From the sequence record MN453779.2: a stretch of 64,000 bases of DNA; one strand, written 5' to 3'. The notes beneath the pieces were generated by a model that saw only the letters and a program-made list of their open reading frames with translations, made no database searches and was not told the DNA's origin. Both the position numbers and the translations under genes were made by a program. Position 1 is the stretch's first letter. Each line of letters opens with the position of its first letter. Shown here piece by piece: positions 29,483 through 39,095 of this stretch.

Positions 29483-29989
29483 ATGAAACTAACAATGCGT
29501 GAAGTTAATCTCATGATTAACAATAACATCTATCTCTTTGGGAAATTCCTGGATAAGGAGATAGATCGAGTAGAGATCAAGTTACCGGATAACGAAGAAG
29601 TGGGAGTTGATCGCACTATTGTTTTCCAACATGGCACTGAAGAGAATGGGGTGATACAGTTTATTACTGGTGATAAGGATCCGATCACAAAGAAGATCAA
29701 GATTAAAGTACGGGAAGAGGAACTCCACGTAAAACTTGCATCTAAACTGGAGCTGGCAGAGGCATTAATTCAGCGAGAACTGGGGGACATTATGCTGGAA
29801 TCCAGTTTCAATGAAATGGTGGATGATCCGGAAGTGAATAAGCAGGTGTGTCCATTTATTTCCAATAAGAGAATTGATGAGTACGTTCTCACATCCACAC
29901 AGGAACTGGATGGTAGATTGTCAATAATTTTGTTGAGTCTTTATATTCAAGGTTCGTACTGGATTGATCGACCCATGGAAGTAAAATAA
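29483..29989 (+). CDS. Hypothetical protein
   Basis: 168 aa, TCTAGGAGAAGAAAATG leader. Confidence 0.7.
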   Translation: MKLTMREVNLMINNNIYLFGKFLDKEIDRVEIKLPDNEEVGVDRTIVFQHGTEENGVIQFITGDKDPITKKIKIKVREEELHVKLASKLELAEALIQRELGDIMLESSFNEMVDDPEVNKQVCPFISNKRIDEYVLTSTQELDGRLSIILLSLYIQGSYWIDRPMEVK

Positions 29990-30073
29990 ATAATAACTAA
30001 CGATAACTTACTCTGGGCCTTAACCCAGAGTAAGTTCTGTTTTTCATATTACTAATAAGTCTAGGAGAAGAAA

Positions 30074-30433
30074 ATGAAATTACGTATGGATGTATTGAAA
30101 AGTAACATTGGTTCTAAAAGTGTAGAACTTGTTAAGTTTATTCGTAAAGAGATTGAAGAGGTCAGTTTTGCTATAACTGTTGATATGGATTACCGGATGG
30201 TAATGAAGCCAGCTTACGGATCACTTTACTCCACTTCCGTAATTGATACAGTTACCAAAGAAGTAAAGGATGAGGTAAACCATAGACAACGTTTCTTTGG
30301 TCATCTGGAAAGATTACACGGTAACGATATACCTTGTTGGAATTTTGTTTGGGATGAAGACAACAAGGTATTTAACTATGGCTGGGATAAATACGGTAGA
30401 TTAGTAAAAATAGATTTAGGGATTTTTCACTAA
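30074..30433 (+). CDS. Chimeric protein: 29483-like N-terminus fused to a kinase-like C-terminal half
   Basis: C-terminal WDEDNKVFNYGWDKYGRLVK is identical to 24068-24481. N-terminal MKL.M...KF..KEI resembles 29483. Confidence 0.65.
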   Translation: MKLRMDVLKSNIGSKSVELVKFIRKEIEEVSFAITVDMDYRMVMKPAYGSLYSTSVIDTVTKEVKDEVNHRQRFFGHLERLHGNDIPCWNFVWDEDNKVFNYGWDKYGRLVKIDLGIFH

Positions 30434-30798
30434 TGTTTATTAATCGTAAAGGATGTACTAGAACGGTTTTGGTTTTTAATGACTTTGTGATTAAAATTCC
30501 AACCTTAAACTCTTGGGAGCTTTTTCTTCATGGTCTGCTGGCAAATATTACTGAAGAAAGGTTTAGTAGGGAGTTAGATAATCGATTAGGTCTAGTCCCC
30601 ATGTATTATGGTAGTAAGCTGGGGATTTATGTTGTTAGTAAAAGAGCCAGAGAAGTAAAGCACCGTGGGTTGTTCTGGGTAGAATTGGGAAGATTAGCGG
30701 CCTTATCAGATCTTCATCCTGACTTTTGGTATCACGATGCAAAACCCGAAAACTTTGGATATATTAATAATCAACTTGTAAAAATTGACCTAGGTTAG
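30433..30798 (+). CDS. Minimal protein-kinase-like protein (type B)
   Basis: GCTRTV...FVIKIP, NITE, YHDAKPENFG and terminal KIDLG motifs in 121 aa. Confidence 0.75.
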   Translation: MFINRKGCTRTVLVFNDFVIKIPTLNSWELFLHGLLANITEERFSRELDNRLGLVPMYYGSKLGIYVVSKRAREVKHRGLFWVELGRLAALSDLHPDFWYHDAKPENFGYINNQLVKIDLG

Positions 30799-30833
30799 GA
30801 GTAGCATATGAACTTTGATCAAATTAAGAAACG
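30769..30833 (+). repeat. 65-bp direct repeat of 24853-24917
   Basis: 61 of 65 positions identical by manual comparison. Spans the kinase stop, an RBS and a truncated copy of the 24892 gene start. Confidence 0.85.
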
Positions 30834-30935
30834 CGGACTAAATACATAAGACAATTTAATTTAGGTTCTATAATTTTTCACATAGATATTATTTCTATGT
30901 AATGTTACAATATGTATTTCAAAGGAGTGTAGAAA

Positions 30936-31421
30936 ATGTCTGTTATTGAAAGTGTAAGTGAACTGAAGACTTTGACCAAAGCGTGTTTGAAGACTGTAAT
31001 GTTTCATAACGTCTTTATTCACTCCGGTGATTATCAATTCCGTAAGTTGAAAGGAAATCTTCTCATGGAATTGAAAGTGGAACTTCTTGATGGTAAACGG
31101 ATGCTCAACATCTACATTCATGGAAGTTCTGGTAACACTAAACAACTTCTTTCACTTTCTCTTGGTGATTGCAAGTCCTGGTACAATAAGGATTTCATCA
31201 GGGTTATTGAGCGAGCTTTGGTAAAACAGATGTTTGTTCGTCTAGGTGAAACCAAACAGATGGTATTTGATGATCTCGATTACTATTATGTTTACACTAA
31301 GAAATTGGATAAAGTTATCTGTAACGAAGTAGAACAAGCTATGAGTAATTTCCATTCTGGGGTGAGAGTTGTTAAAGCTCCATTTAGGAAGTTGCTAGAA
31401 ACCCCTGTAGAACTCGTTTAA
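30936..31421 (+). CDS. Hypothetical early protein
   Basis: 161 aa after the early promoter at 30885, AAGGAG RBS. Confidence 0.7.
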   Translation: MSVIESVSELKTLTKACLKTVMFHNVFIHSGDYQFRKLKGNLLMELKVELLDGKRMLNIYIHGSSGNTKQLLSLSLGDCKSWYNKDFIRVIERALVKQMFVRLGETKQMVFDDLDYYYVYTKKLDKVICNEVEQAMSNFHSGVRVVKAPFRKLLETPVELV

Positions 31422-31456
31422 ATAATAATTTTCTATTAAAGTCTAGGAGAAAGTAA

Positions 31457-32200
31457 ATGAAAATTTCTATTAAGCAATGTATGCAAGCAACTCCGGCGAT
31501 CATTGATCAAGTTTTTGTACATATCAACATGTACTTGAAACGTGCAGTTCATAACAACCATCTTGTTCCATTTAAAGTTTATGGATTCGATTGTAAGCTG
31601 ATTTTTATCAACGATGTGGACCAAGGTATCAAGATTGGTTTGAATATTGGAAATATCTCACACATTGATTTTATTATCAAGAAAGAAGACGTCGAGATTG
31701 GTGTGGTAAATATCGAGCATGTAAAAGAATATGTCAATGAACAAATGTTCAAAATTATCACTCGTCTGTTTTATCAATTGTTCACTTACGACGAAATTAA
31801 CAATTTGGTTAAAGAGTATGGAGAATGTGACTATGGTGACATTTCTCACCTGTTTAATAAACATTACCCCTCAATAGAAGTTCAGAAACGTACTAATGGG
31901 TATCGTTACTATACCTGGGTGGGGATTCCTAAAGCTGATGAAGCAACATTACGTTTTGAAAACATTGTTCAAAATTCCATGTTTATGCCATTGAGCGATA
32001 TTGGTGAAGTTTCTATCTTTGATAAGGAATTTACAACTTTCGAAATGTCAAATGAGATTTCTAATCGTCCCATTGAAATTCCTGCCGAACAAGTTTACTA
32101 TGCTTGTAAGGTAATTGACAACTTTTGCTATGATTTGACCTTCCTTTGCATGAAGGGAGAATATAAACCAGAGTGGTTAAATACCATGGTTTCAATCTAA
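31457..32200 (+). CDS. Hypothetical protein
   Basis: 247 aa, TCTAGGAG leader. Confidence 0.7.
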   Translation: MKISIKQCMQATPAIIDQVFVHINMYLKRAVHNNHLVPFKVYGFDCKLIFINDVDQGIKIGLNIGNISHIDFIIKKEDVEIGVVNIEHVKEYVNEQMFKIITRLFYQLFTYDEINNLVKEYGECDYGDISHLFNKHYPSIEVQKRTNGYRYYTWVGIPKADEATLRFENIVQNSMFMPLSDIGEVSIFDKEFTTFEMSNEISNRPIEIPAEQVYYACKVIDNFCYDLTFLCMKGEYKPEWLNTMVSI

Positions 32201-32225
32201 TAGCAAATAAAATGGGATAAAACGA

Positions 32226-32594
32226 ATGCAACAAGTAGATAGTAAGTTTGAAAAGAAAATGGTAGTTTTTCTTAACAGTTTGATTAATCAGACTAAGAAA
32301 AACAAGATTGAACTTAACAGTAAAGCCGAATTCAATATAGATGGCAAAACTGTTGTGTTCACCGCCCTACCTGAATTTCGTAAATATGGAAGTTTCCAAG
32401 TTTGTAACTGGAATAGTCCTGTTTATAATAGTAACAAAGAAAGTGTAATAGCTTCTTTCAAACTGAAATTGAACGGAAACATGTTTGGTAAGTTTAGCGT
32501 TCATGTAAAACATGTGATAGGGGATGTTCCCGAGCACGAACTTATCAAACTCTCTCGTGAAATGAAACAGAACCTGATGGCCAGTTTAAACTAG
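32226..32594 (+). CDS. Hypothetical protein
   Basis: 122 aa, co-oriented with its neighbours. Confidence 0.65.
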   Translation: MQQVDSKFEKKMVVFLNSLINQTKKNKIELNSKAEFNIDGKTVVFTALPEFRKYGSFQVCNWNSPVYNSNKESVIASFKLKLNGNMFGKFSVHVKHVIGDVPEHELIKLSREMKQNLMASLN

Positions 32595-32605
32595 TCTAGG
32601 AGATA

Positions 32606-33241
32606 GTGCAAATGGAAATGACTGTTAGCGTAACCGAGTTCACTGATAACACCACTTTATTTTGGCAAGGTGTTGAAACCGCTCGTAAGAACTTCAAACA
32701 AACCCAGGTAGTGGGGTTTAGTAATATCATTGAACTGAATGAAACTATTAAAGTGGAGTTCTGGAATCAGTGTAATGAAGAAGGCGATCTTAATGTAAGC
32801 TGTTTGGTTCCTGGCTTGGGTTCTTCCGGTACTCTGGGGTTTAGCTACTCCGAGGTACAAGAAGATGAGATTCCTGAAGAAGTGTATGGTAATCACCTGT
32901 TGATCTTTATTAACAGCCTAGTTAAACATCTTGGTCACAAAGCTTATCAACAGTGGTGCGAAGAAACCGACTTTATAAGTTACATTGATCAGCTCAATAC
33001 TGATAGGATGACTGAACTTCTTCCCAAAGGGTTTGGTCTGATTCTGGAACCAGAAGTGCGTGGGTATGATCTTCAAGTGGTTGATAGTGAAGGTCAGTTG
33101 CTATACCGCGCATCTGGAGAAAACGTTCTTGACTTTGAAGAGAACACTTCCTGGGATAAGCTTAAGCTGGAGATTAAACTTGCTTGGATGACTGTTTATG
33201 TAAATGGTCTTGCTTTCAAAGATCAGAAAGTTATTATTTAA
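32606..33241 (+). CDS. Hypothetical protein
   Basis: 211 aa, TCTAGGAG leader, GTG start. Confidence 0.7.
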   Translation: MQMEMTVSVTEFTDNTTLFWQGVETARKNFKQTQVVGFSNIIELNETIKVEFWNQCNEEGDLNVSCLVPGLGSSGTLGFSYSEVQEDEIPEEVYGNHLLIFINSLVKHLGHKAYQQWCEETDFISYIDQLNTDRMTELLPKGFGLILEPEVRGYDLQVVDSEGQLLYRASGENVLDFEENTSWDKLKLEIKLAWMTVYVNGLAFKDQKVII

Positions 33242-33318
33242 ACCTATCTAGAGTAATCCAGGATTTCCTGGATTACTCTTTTAAGTCTAGTTGAATAAGT
33301 ACGATAGGAATAATTATA

Positions 33319-33783
33319 ATGATGAAAGAAGGTAGGATAAGTTATGTAATAGATGGAAATAAAGTTGTATTTCATGATAATCAACTAAATGGTAGTTTAG
33401 TATTGTATTTCAAACCTTTGAATCCTAAGCAAGGGTCAGATTTGATGTATGGTACTTTAAACGATATCTTGTTGTCGTTGAAGAGAAAAGAACTTATCTT
33501 GGAGTTATTCGGAATCACCAGAATAGATGTTCAAAAAGACATCATACTTAGAGGTAAGATTTTTCTTAAATCTAGTTTCTTATTTGATCCTGAATTGAAC
33601 AATTCTAAACTATACTTTGTTTCTATTAAAAGTCGCTGTGTAATTAACGAATCAGAGATTTCTCACTTTGGTGATACAAGACATGGATTGATTAGATTTG
33701 ATCACTGTAACATCTCCAAAGAAGATTTTGTAAGACTTCCAGCAGGAAGAGAAATTACTGTTATAAACAACCAGATCCATTAA
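33319..33783 (+). CDS. Hypothetical protein, paralog of 9846-10322
   Basis: 154 aa, LILELFG motif. Confidence 0.65.
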   Translation: MMKEGRISYVIDGNKVVFHDNQLNGSLVLYFKPLNPKQGSDLMYGTLNDILLSLKRKELILELFGITRIDVQKDIILRGKIFLKSSFLFDPELNNSKLYFVSIKSRCVINESEISHFGDTRHGLIRFDHCNISKEDFVRLPAGREITVINNQIH

Positions 33784-33800
33784 TCTAGAAAGAGGTCATT

Positions 33801-35333
33801 ATGAACGCTAAATTCATTATTGAACAAATCGTTATGTCAATGTCGTTTTTGAAAGCTGATCAATTTACCGAGCATAAGTTTATTAAACAGGAAGATGAAC
33901 ACGGGATGTATACGTGTTTGAAAACTGTCATTAATCATCCTGAAACTGGTCACTTGCAAAATAAAGTTGGTGTTGCTACAATTTTAGAGGATATCAAAGA
34001 AAAATTAGGAACTATATTTTTCAATTGGAGTTATCTCCTGGATGTTCTCTCCGAGATTAACAAATTAGAAAATATAGAAGAATACAAGGACGTGTTAGAG
34101 AATTTTCATTATCATTTATTAGAAAGGGCATTGACCCGCAAGGTAGATCTTTTTCTAGGTGAGGTGAACCAAGACGATCTGGCGGATCGTCGCGCTATAC
34201 TTGTGCGAGCTTTTCAGGGTCATTACTTAAACCTCCATTTATTTAATGAAACCATAGAACGTGCTTTTGATCTTAATCTTGGTAAACAAATGGAGTTACT
34301 TGTCGATGTATTCAATATTCCCCAAGAGATGGTTGAAGCTATCCTAGAAAAAGAAGATTCTTACGACCGTCGAGTTTTTACTATCAGTTCACTCCGAGAT
34401 TTCTTATTTGATAAAGAACCTTCTCCATCCAAACCAAAGGGTGATGCCGTTTCGGATGACACTCAAGCGGTTCAAGAAATTCTAAATAAACCAATTAAGG
34501 ACAAAGATATGAAACAAGAACAATTTTACACCAAACTGTATTTCTACACTGACGCAAAACACATTATCTTCTCAGATGGTAAAGCTCAGGACATTGCTGA
34601 ATGTTTCTCGAAACTATCTCCAGCTGATCAAGCTTCTGTTTGCTACGAGTTTGGTATTTTGGCTTCAGACATTCAGTATGTTCCGGGGATTGCCAATGTA
34701 CTTGCAACTATGTTCATGAATATGGATATGCAAAATCTTAAGCGCAAACTTTCAGATCTGGTTTCTTGTGGATTTATTGAAGAACTACACGATCGTCTCG
34801 ACGGTTGTAAAACCTGGGAAGATGCCAATAAACTTCACAAATATGTAATGGTGACTTTCAATGGAATGAAAATTCCAGATCTGAAGGATATCATTGTTAA
34901 ATACATGTCTTTGGATAATCACGATCAGTTTGATCACAATGGGACACAGCTAGCTGGTTTCTTTGCTGGTGTAATTTATGCTGATGCGATGACCATGGTT
35001 AAACGTCATGAAGAACAACTACACATGCCTAATGTGGTATCTCCGACTGATTTTGGGGTGATTAGTGACGATGTTGGTGAACTTTACATCCCTGATATTT
35101 ATGACCGCAATTTTGGTGCCGGGCTGCTAAAGAGTAAACAAGAAACCCAGCGCTCTAAATCAGAACAAGCATCAGACATTACTATGGACGATGTTCTCGA
35201 CATAGTGTTTGGACGACGTTCCTTCAGCGATAAAGAAAATGAACCCAAGCAACCAGTAAAAGAACAACAGAAAAACATTTTAGAAGACAATCGCAAAGTG
35301 CAGCGCCCTCGCATCATCATTATCAAACGTTAA
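33801..35333 (+). CDS. Hypothetical helical protein
   Basis: 510 aa, GAGGT RBS, followed by a hairpin at 35341-35370. Confidence 0.75.
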   Translation: MNAKFIIEQIVMSMSFLKADQFTEHKFIKQEDEHGMYTCLKTVINHPETGHLQNKVGVATILEDIKEKLGTIFFNWSYLLDVLSEINKLENIEEYKDVLENFHYHLLERALTRKVDLFLGEVNQDDLADRRAILVRAFQGHYLNLHLFNETIERAFDLNLGKQMELLVDVFNIPQEMVEAILEKEDSYDRRVFTISSLRDFLFDKEPSPSKPKGDAVSDDTQAVQEILNKPIKDKDMKQEQFYTKLYFYTDAKHIIFSDGKAQDIAECFSKLSPADQASVCYEFGILASDIQYVPGIANVLATMFMNMDMQNLKRKLSDLVSCGFIEELHDRLDGCKTWEDANKLHKYVMVTFNGMKIPDLKDIIVKYMSLDNHDQFDHNGTQLAGFFAGVIYADAMTMVKRHEEQLHMPNVVSPTDFGVISDDVGELYIPDIYDRNFGAGLLKSKQETQRSKSEQASDITMDDVLDIVFGRRSFSDKENEPKQPVKEQQKNILEDNRKVQRPRIIIIKR

Positions 35334-35519
35334 CATTTATACCCTCTACACCTGCAAAGGTGTAGAGGGTAGCTTAGCCTATTAAAATTTTGTCTATTCT
35401 ATAATTTTTCAAACCTATATTATTATTGTGTACCAGTAGGAAGAGTTTTAATTTTGACTAAGGAGTTTATCATGTAACTATAATCAAATCACCTATCTAA
35501 TTAGCACAGGGTCACTAGG

Positions 35520-35891
35520 ATGAACAAATCAGATTTAATAAAGAAAATATTCCTAGGAGAACTCTTTGAAGAAAAACCTAAGAGTTACCCCAAAGTTTAT
35601 TTTATCAAAGGTATGTTGCGAGATGATAACTTAAGGTTCTTTTCCACGTTCAGATATCGGGTTAATAAACAAGATGTTATTATTGTCTCTATCAAGATTG
35701 CTCTTGATAATCCAGAGAACAATGTATGTGTTTCATTGATCCATATTAAACCAATGAAAAAGTTCACTAAATCGATATTTCGCAAATCCTATCGAGTACT
35801 TTACAAAGGGATGGATGAGATCATTTCATCGTCATCTATTCTCCTTGCAGAGAAACTAGACAAGCTTGAGGAAAGCTTTAATGTCAAATAG
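35520..35891 (+). CDS. Hypothetical protein
   Basis: 123 aa after the early promoter at 35416. Confidence 0.6.
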   Translation: MNKSDLIKKIFLGELFEEKPKSYPKVYFIKGMLRDDNLRFFSTFRYRVNKQDVIIVSIKIALDNPENNVCVSLIHIKPMKKFTKSIFRKSYRVLYKGMDEIISSSSILLAEKLDKLEESFNVK

Positions 35892-36273
35892 TGTAGAAAA
35901 GTTAATCGTTATGATCAAGCGGGATGTGGGCGAGTTCCTTGATATGATCAAGAGTAAACCGTTTCCTTCTGAAATCAAAACTGAAGAAGCTAAAATGTTC
36001 AGTTTCAGTACCACTTGTACCGGAACTGAATTTAAGATCTCTGTTACAGCCTTAAAGACAGAATTCGCAGGTAAGTTTCTGATATACATAAATACTGCGT
36101 TTATGTCAGAGCCTAAAACAAAAGAATCAATTATTATCCACGGAGTTCCTCTTCACGGTACTTACGAGTCAACTCATGCTCTTGAGAATATCGAAGAAGA
36201 AGATCAACTGGATAGTGAAATCTATCGACTGATTGAAGAATCTCTTGAACAACATATCAGTCATGCTTTGTAA
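35881..36273 (+). CDS. Hypothetical protein
   Basis: ATG at 35881 behind a GAGGA RBS, overlapping the upstream stop. Confidence 0.65.
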   Translation: MSNSVEKLIVMIKRDVGEFLDMIKSKPFPSEIKTEEAKMFSFSTTCTGTEFKISVTALKTEFAGKFLIYINTAFMSEPKTKESIIIHGVPLHGTYESTHALENIEEEDQLDSEIYRLIEESLEQHISHAL

Positions 36274-36396
36274 CGCTCTGTATTGCGTTTAAATCAATTT
36301 CTTTATTAAATACGTACGATTCAATACTTTAGAGAAAAGAATCGTTTACAAGAGCTCTCAGCTCGTTTTAATCAATATGTTATCTAGGAGAAGAAA

Positions 36397-37347
36397 ATGG
36401 ATCGTTGCTTCAATATCTATGGTGCTGGTGGTGCTGGTATTAACATTCTGAACCAACTACTCAAAGAGTCCAAGTCCCAGCAGTTTATCAAACAAGTGGT
36501 TGGTCTAGATACTTCTGACGCCAACCCGGCTATCGATGGACTGTTTGAAATCGAACGCCTGGGTGATACTCGTGGCTCTGGTTCTGATAAGAGTGCCAAC
36601 ATCTCCCGTTATCCGGACTTCGTAAAACAAGTTCTGGCTAAACACCAACCTAACAGTATTAACATCGTGGTGTTCTCAGCCGCTGGTGGTTCAGGTTCTG
36701 GTATTGGGCCTTTCCTGGTACGCGCCATGTTGGAACGTGATATCCCAGTTCTGTCGGTAGTTATTGGTGATACAACTTCTATTAAAGAGTTTGATAACAC
36801 CATCTCCACCCTGCGTTCTCTGAATGCTCAGACTAAACTTGGTTGCCCGGTGTTGTTCGCTTATCGTGAAAACCAACTTGGCCGAACCCAAGGTGAAGTT
36901 AACCGTAACGTGCTGGAAGTAATTAACAATGCCATCATGATGTTCAATCTACAAAACGAACGTATTGATTACGCTGATGTTAAGAACTTTTTCTTCTTTA
37001 CCAATGTGGTTAAAGCAGATCCGATTCTTACTCAAGTATCGTTCTGTAACGATGAGAATGTGAAAGACTACAAGCGCACCCCAGTTGCTTGTATCTCTCT
37101 GTTCAATGACATTGATCAAATCAAAGCTCCGTTCGATAATCTCCTGTATCGCAAAGCCGGTTTGTTCGGACCTGAAACAGAAGGTCTGATTAACGCAGCT
37201 CACGCTCTGCTTGATCACGGTTCTACTCTTAATGAGTTGGAAGTAATGATGAAGCAACAAGAGACCAAACAGGCTGAACTCTCTGGTAAATACAAAGTAC
37301 AAAAAGATCTGAGCCAAGGTTCTGATGACCACGGTATGTTCTGTTAA
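36397..37347 (+). CDS. phuZ: PhuZ phage tubulin
   Basis: GAGGAGINI, LDTS, RGSGSD and tubulin signature AAGGSGSGIG in 316 aa. Confidence 0.93.
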   Translation: MDRCFNIYGAGGAGINILNQLLKESKSQQFIKQVVGLDTSDANPAIDGLFEIERLGDTRGSGSDKSANISRYPDFVKQVLAKHQPNSINIVVFSAAGGSGSGIGPFLVRAMLERDIPVLSVVIGDTTSIKEFDNTISTLRSLNAQTKLGCPVLFAYRENQLGRTQGEVNRNVLEVINNAIMMFNLQNERIDYADVKNFFFFTNVVKADPILTQVSFCNDENVKDYKRTPVACISLFNDIDQIKAPFDNLLYRKAGLFGPETEGLINAAHALLDHGSTLNELEVMMKQQETKQAELSGKYKVQKDLSQGSDDHGMFC

Positions 37348-37391
37348 TATAAATGGAGTAGAGGAGGGGATTAACCCTCCTCTAACTTATT

Positions 37392-37670
37392 ATGCAAATT
37401 CTTTTTAATCTGTCTAGTATAGGCAACAACTTAACTGTATTGTCGGAAGCTAAAGAGAGTTTGGCATATTCCATTTTACAAGACGCGTGTCTTGACCATG
37501 GTATCCCTCTCCCACCTTCGTCGTATAGTAGAAGTCTCTCCCATGAACACAGTTATCTTTTTGAATTGGTGAAGGGATATGTGGATGAGAAACTACTCAC
37601 TGTACCCACCCCGAGTTACGCGACCTTAACCAACCTAGGTCATCTTCACTTTCAACTCGATATTACTTAA
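37392..37670 (+). CDS. Hypothetical protein
   Basis: 92 aa in the block between PhuZ and the polymerase. Confidence 0.5.
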   Translation: MQILFNLSSIGNNLTVLSEAKESLAYSILQDACLDHGIPLPPSSYSRSLSHEHSYLFELVKGYVDEKLLTVPTPSYATLTNLGHLHFQLDIT

Positions 37671-37682
37671 CAAGGCCTGGTT

Positions 37683-38162
37683 ATGTTTCATATCGATTAC
37701 AATTTACTAAAATCACAAGTTGCTCTTACCTGTGTAATGTCAGGCGGACAAGCGACAGAAACTCTGGACTACAATAATGCTATCTATTACAGTAAACTCG
37801 CTCTAGATTGTATTGTTCATGTTCTCAATGATAAAGTAAATAAACCTGAAGAATCATTTTACCTGTATTGCGAAGAGTACCACAAGAACGATTGTCAATT
37901 CACCTTCCTTGGAGAAATTGTTATTGGAATGGTGTTAGATATCAAAAGACAGTTCTACACCTCAGGTTTTGATCCACGGTTGAAGTATAAACTACTTGAA
38001 CGTAAATTTAATAATATTCCTTGTTATCGCATCTGCATGGATTTAGAAGAGACGTTCCTCTTCTTTACTCCTAAGGAAGATAAGGAAGATGTTTCTCAAG
38101 CTGTATCTGATGATCCATCTCAGGAGATGTTAAATGAGCTCTTTGGGATTTACAGTCATTAA
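37683..38162 (+). CDS. Conserved hypothetical protein
   Basis: 159 aa, operon-like spacing. Confidence 0.65.
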   Translation: MFHIDYNLLKSQVALTCVMSGGQATETLDYNNAIYYSKLALDCIVHVLNDKVNKPEESFYLYCEEYHKNDCQFTFLGEIVIGMVLDIKRQFYTSGFDPRLKYKLLERKFNNIPCYRICMDLEETFLFFTPKEDKEDVSQAVSDDPSQEMLNELFGIYSH

Positions 38163-38580
38163 CTTCACCAACTTCTTTCCGTTTATAGAGCAAGCTCTTG
38201 ATGAGAAAGGAATGTACTCATCAAGAATGATAGTTAGAAAAGATTATCCATTCCTTGTTCCTGCGTTTCAAACATATCTAATTAGAAAGTGTGGTGTATT
38301 CTCTTTAGTTGGTTATGTAGAAGAACCGGTATTAACATCCTGGTTTGATTTTGAAACGTTAATAGAAGAGTTTGATGATTTACTACTACAGTTTAGAGAG
38401 TACCTCATATCTAATTTAGGGCTAGATCTACAAGCCAGGTATACTCTGGTTCGTTATCTGGATAATTTCAACTTTATCATTGCACAAGGAGAACAGGATG
38501 ATCCGGTACTCGACCACCAACATTCATCCCTTGTGGATGATTGTGAACAAGTGGTCACTGAATGCGACCCGTTTCTTTGA
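38134..38580 (+). CDS. Conserved hypothetical protein
   Basis: 148 aa, AGGAG RBS, overlapping its neighbours. Confidence 0.6.
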   Translation: MSSLGFTVINFTNFFPFIEQALDEKGMYSSRMIVRKDYPFLVPAFQTYLIRKCGVFSLVGYVEEPVLTSWFDFETLIEEFDDLLLQFREYLISNLGLDLQARYTLVRYLDNFNFIIAQGEQDDPVLDHQHSSLVDDCEQVVTECDPFL

Positions 38581-38791
38581 AATAGCGCAAGAGTATGTTC
38601 AAAATCGCAATCCTGAAGTTTTATCTATCAGGTTACAAATGCTGGAACCTACTCAAGGATTTATGTTAAATCAAGAAGTAAGACAACAGCTTGATTTACT
38701 TATCCAAACATTAGAATCTATTGAAGAATGGCAGAAGTGCTATTTCGAAAACCAACAGTTTATTGTTATAGAAGGGCAATTAAATGTCTGA
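38498..38791 (+). CDS. Hypothetical protein
   Basis: ATG at 38498 after an AGGAG RBS. Start uncertain. Confidence 0.55.
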   Translation: MIRYSTTNIHPLWMIVNKWSLNATRFFEIAQEYVQNRNPEVLSIRLQMLEPTQGFMLNQEVRQQLDLLIQTLESIEEWQKCYFENQQFIVIEGQLNV

Positions 38792-39086
38792 ACCTAAAAT
38801 CTTTACCCAACTGATTACGTTCCCAGGTATTCCGATTGAGACTGTAACAAATGCAGTTGGTCTCCTTATGAATGTTCATGGCGTAGAGCATCAACTGACA
38901 GTTAACCCAGAAGGGTTTTCTAGTGATGCACTAGTAACTGGCGACGAGGTAGCTGATATTCGGGCCACTAATCAATATCTGGAACTTAACGGTTTGCTTG
39001 GTGGACTTTCTCGCGATCATGAGTTGGTAACTTGCGATACTAAGTCAGATGGCAAATGTCTACATCTGACCTTCACTTGTAAGTAA
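38784..39086 (+). CDS. Hypothetical protein
   Basis: 100 aa, coupled to the upstream stop. Confidence 0.65.
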   Translation: MSEPKIFTQLITFPGIPIETVTNAVGLLMNVHGVEHQLTVNPEGFSSDALVTGDEVADIRATNQYLELNGLLGGLSRDHELVTCDTKSDGKCLHLTFTCK

Positions 39087-39095
39087 GGACACTAC

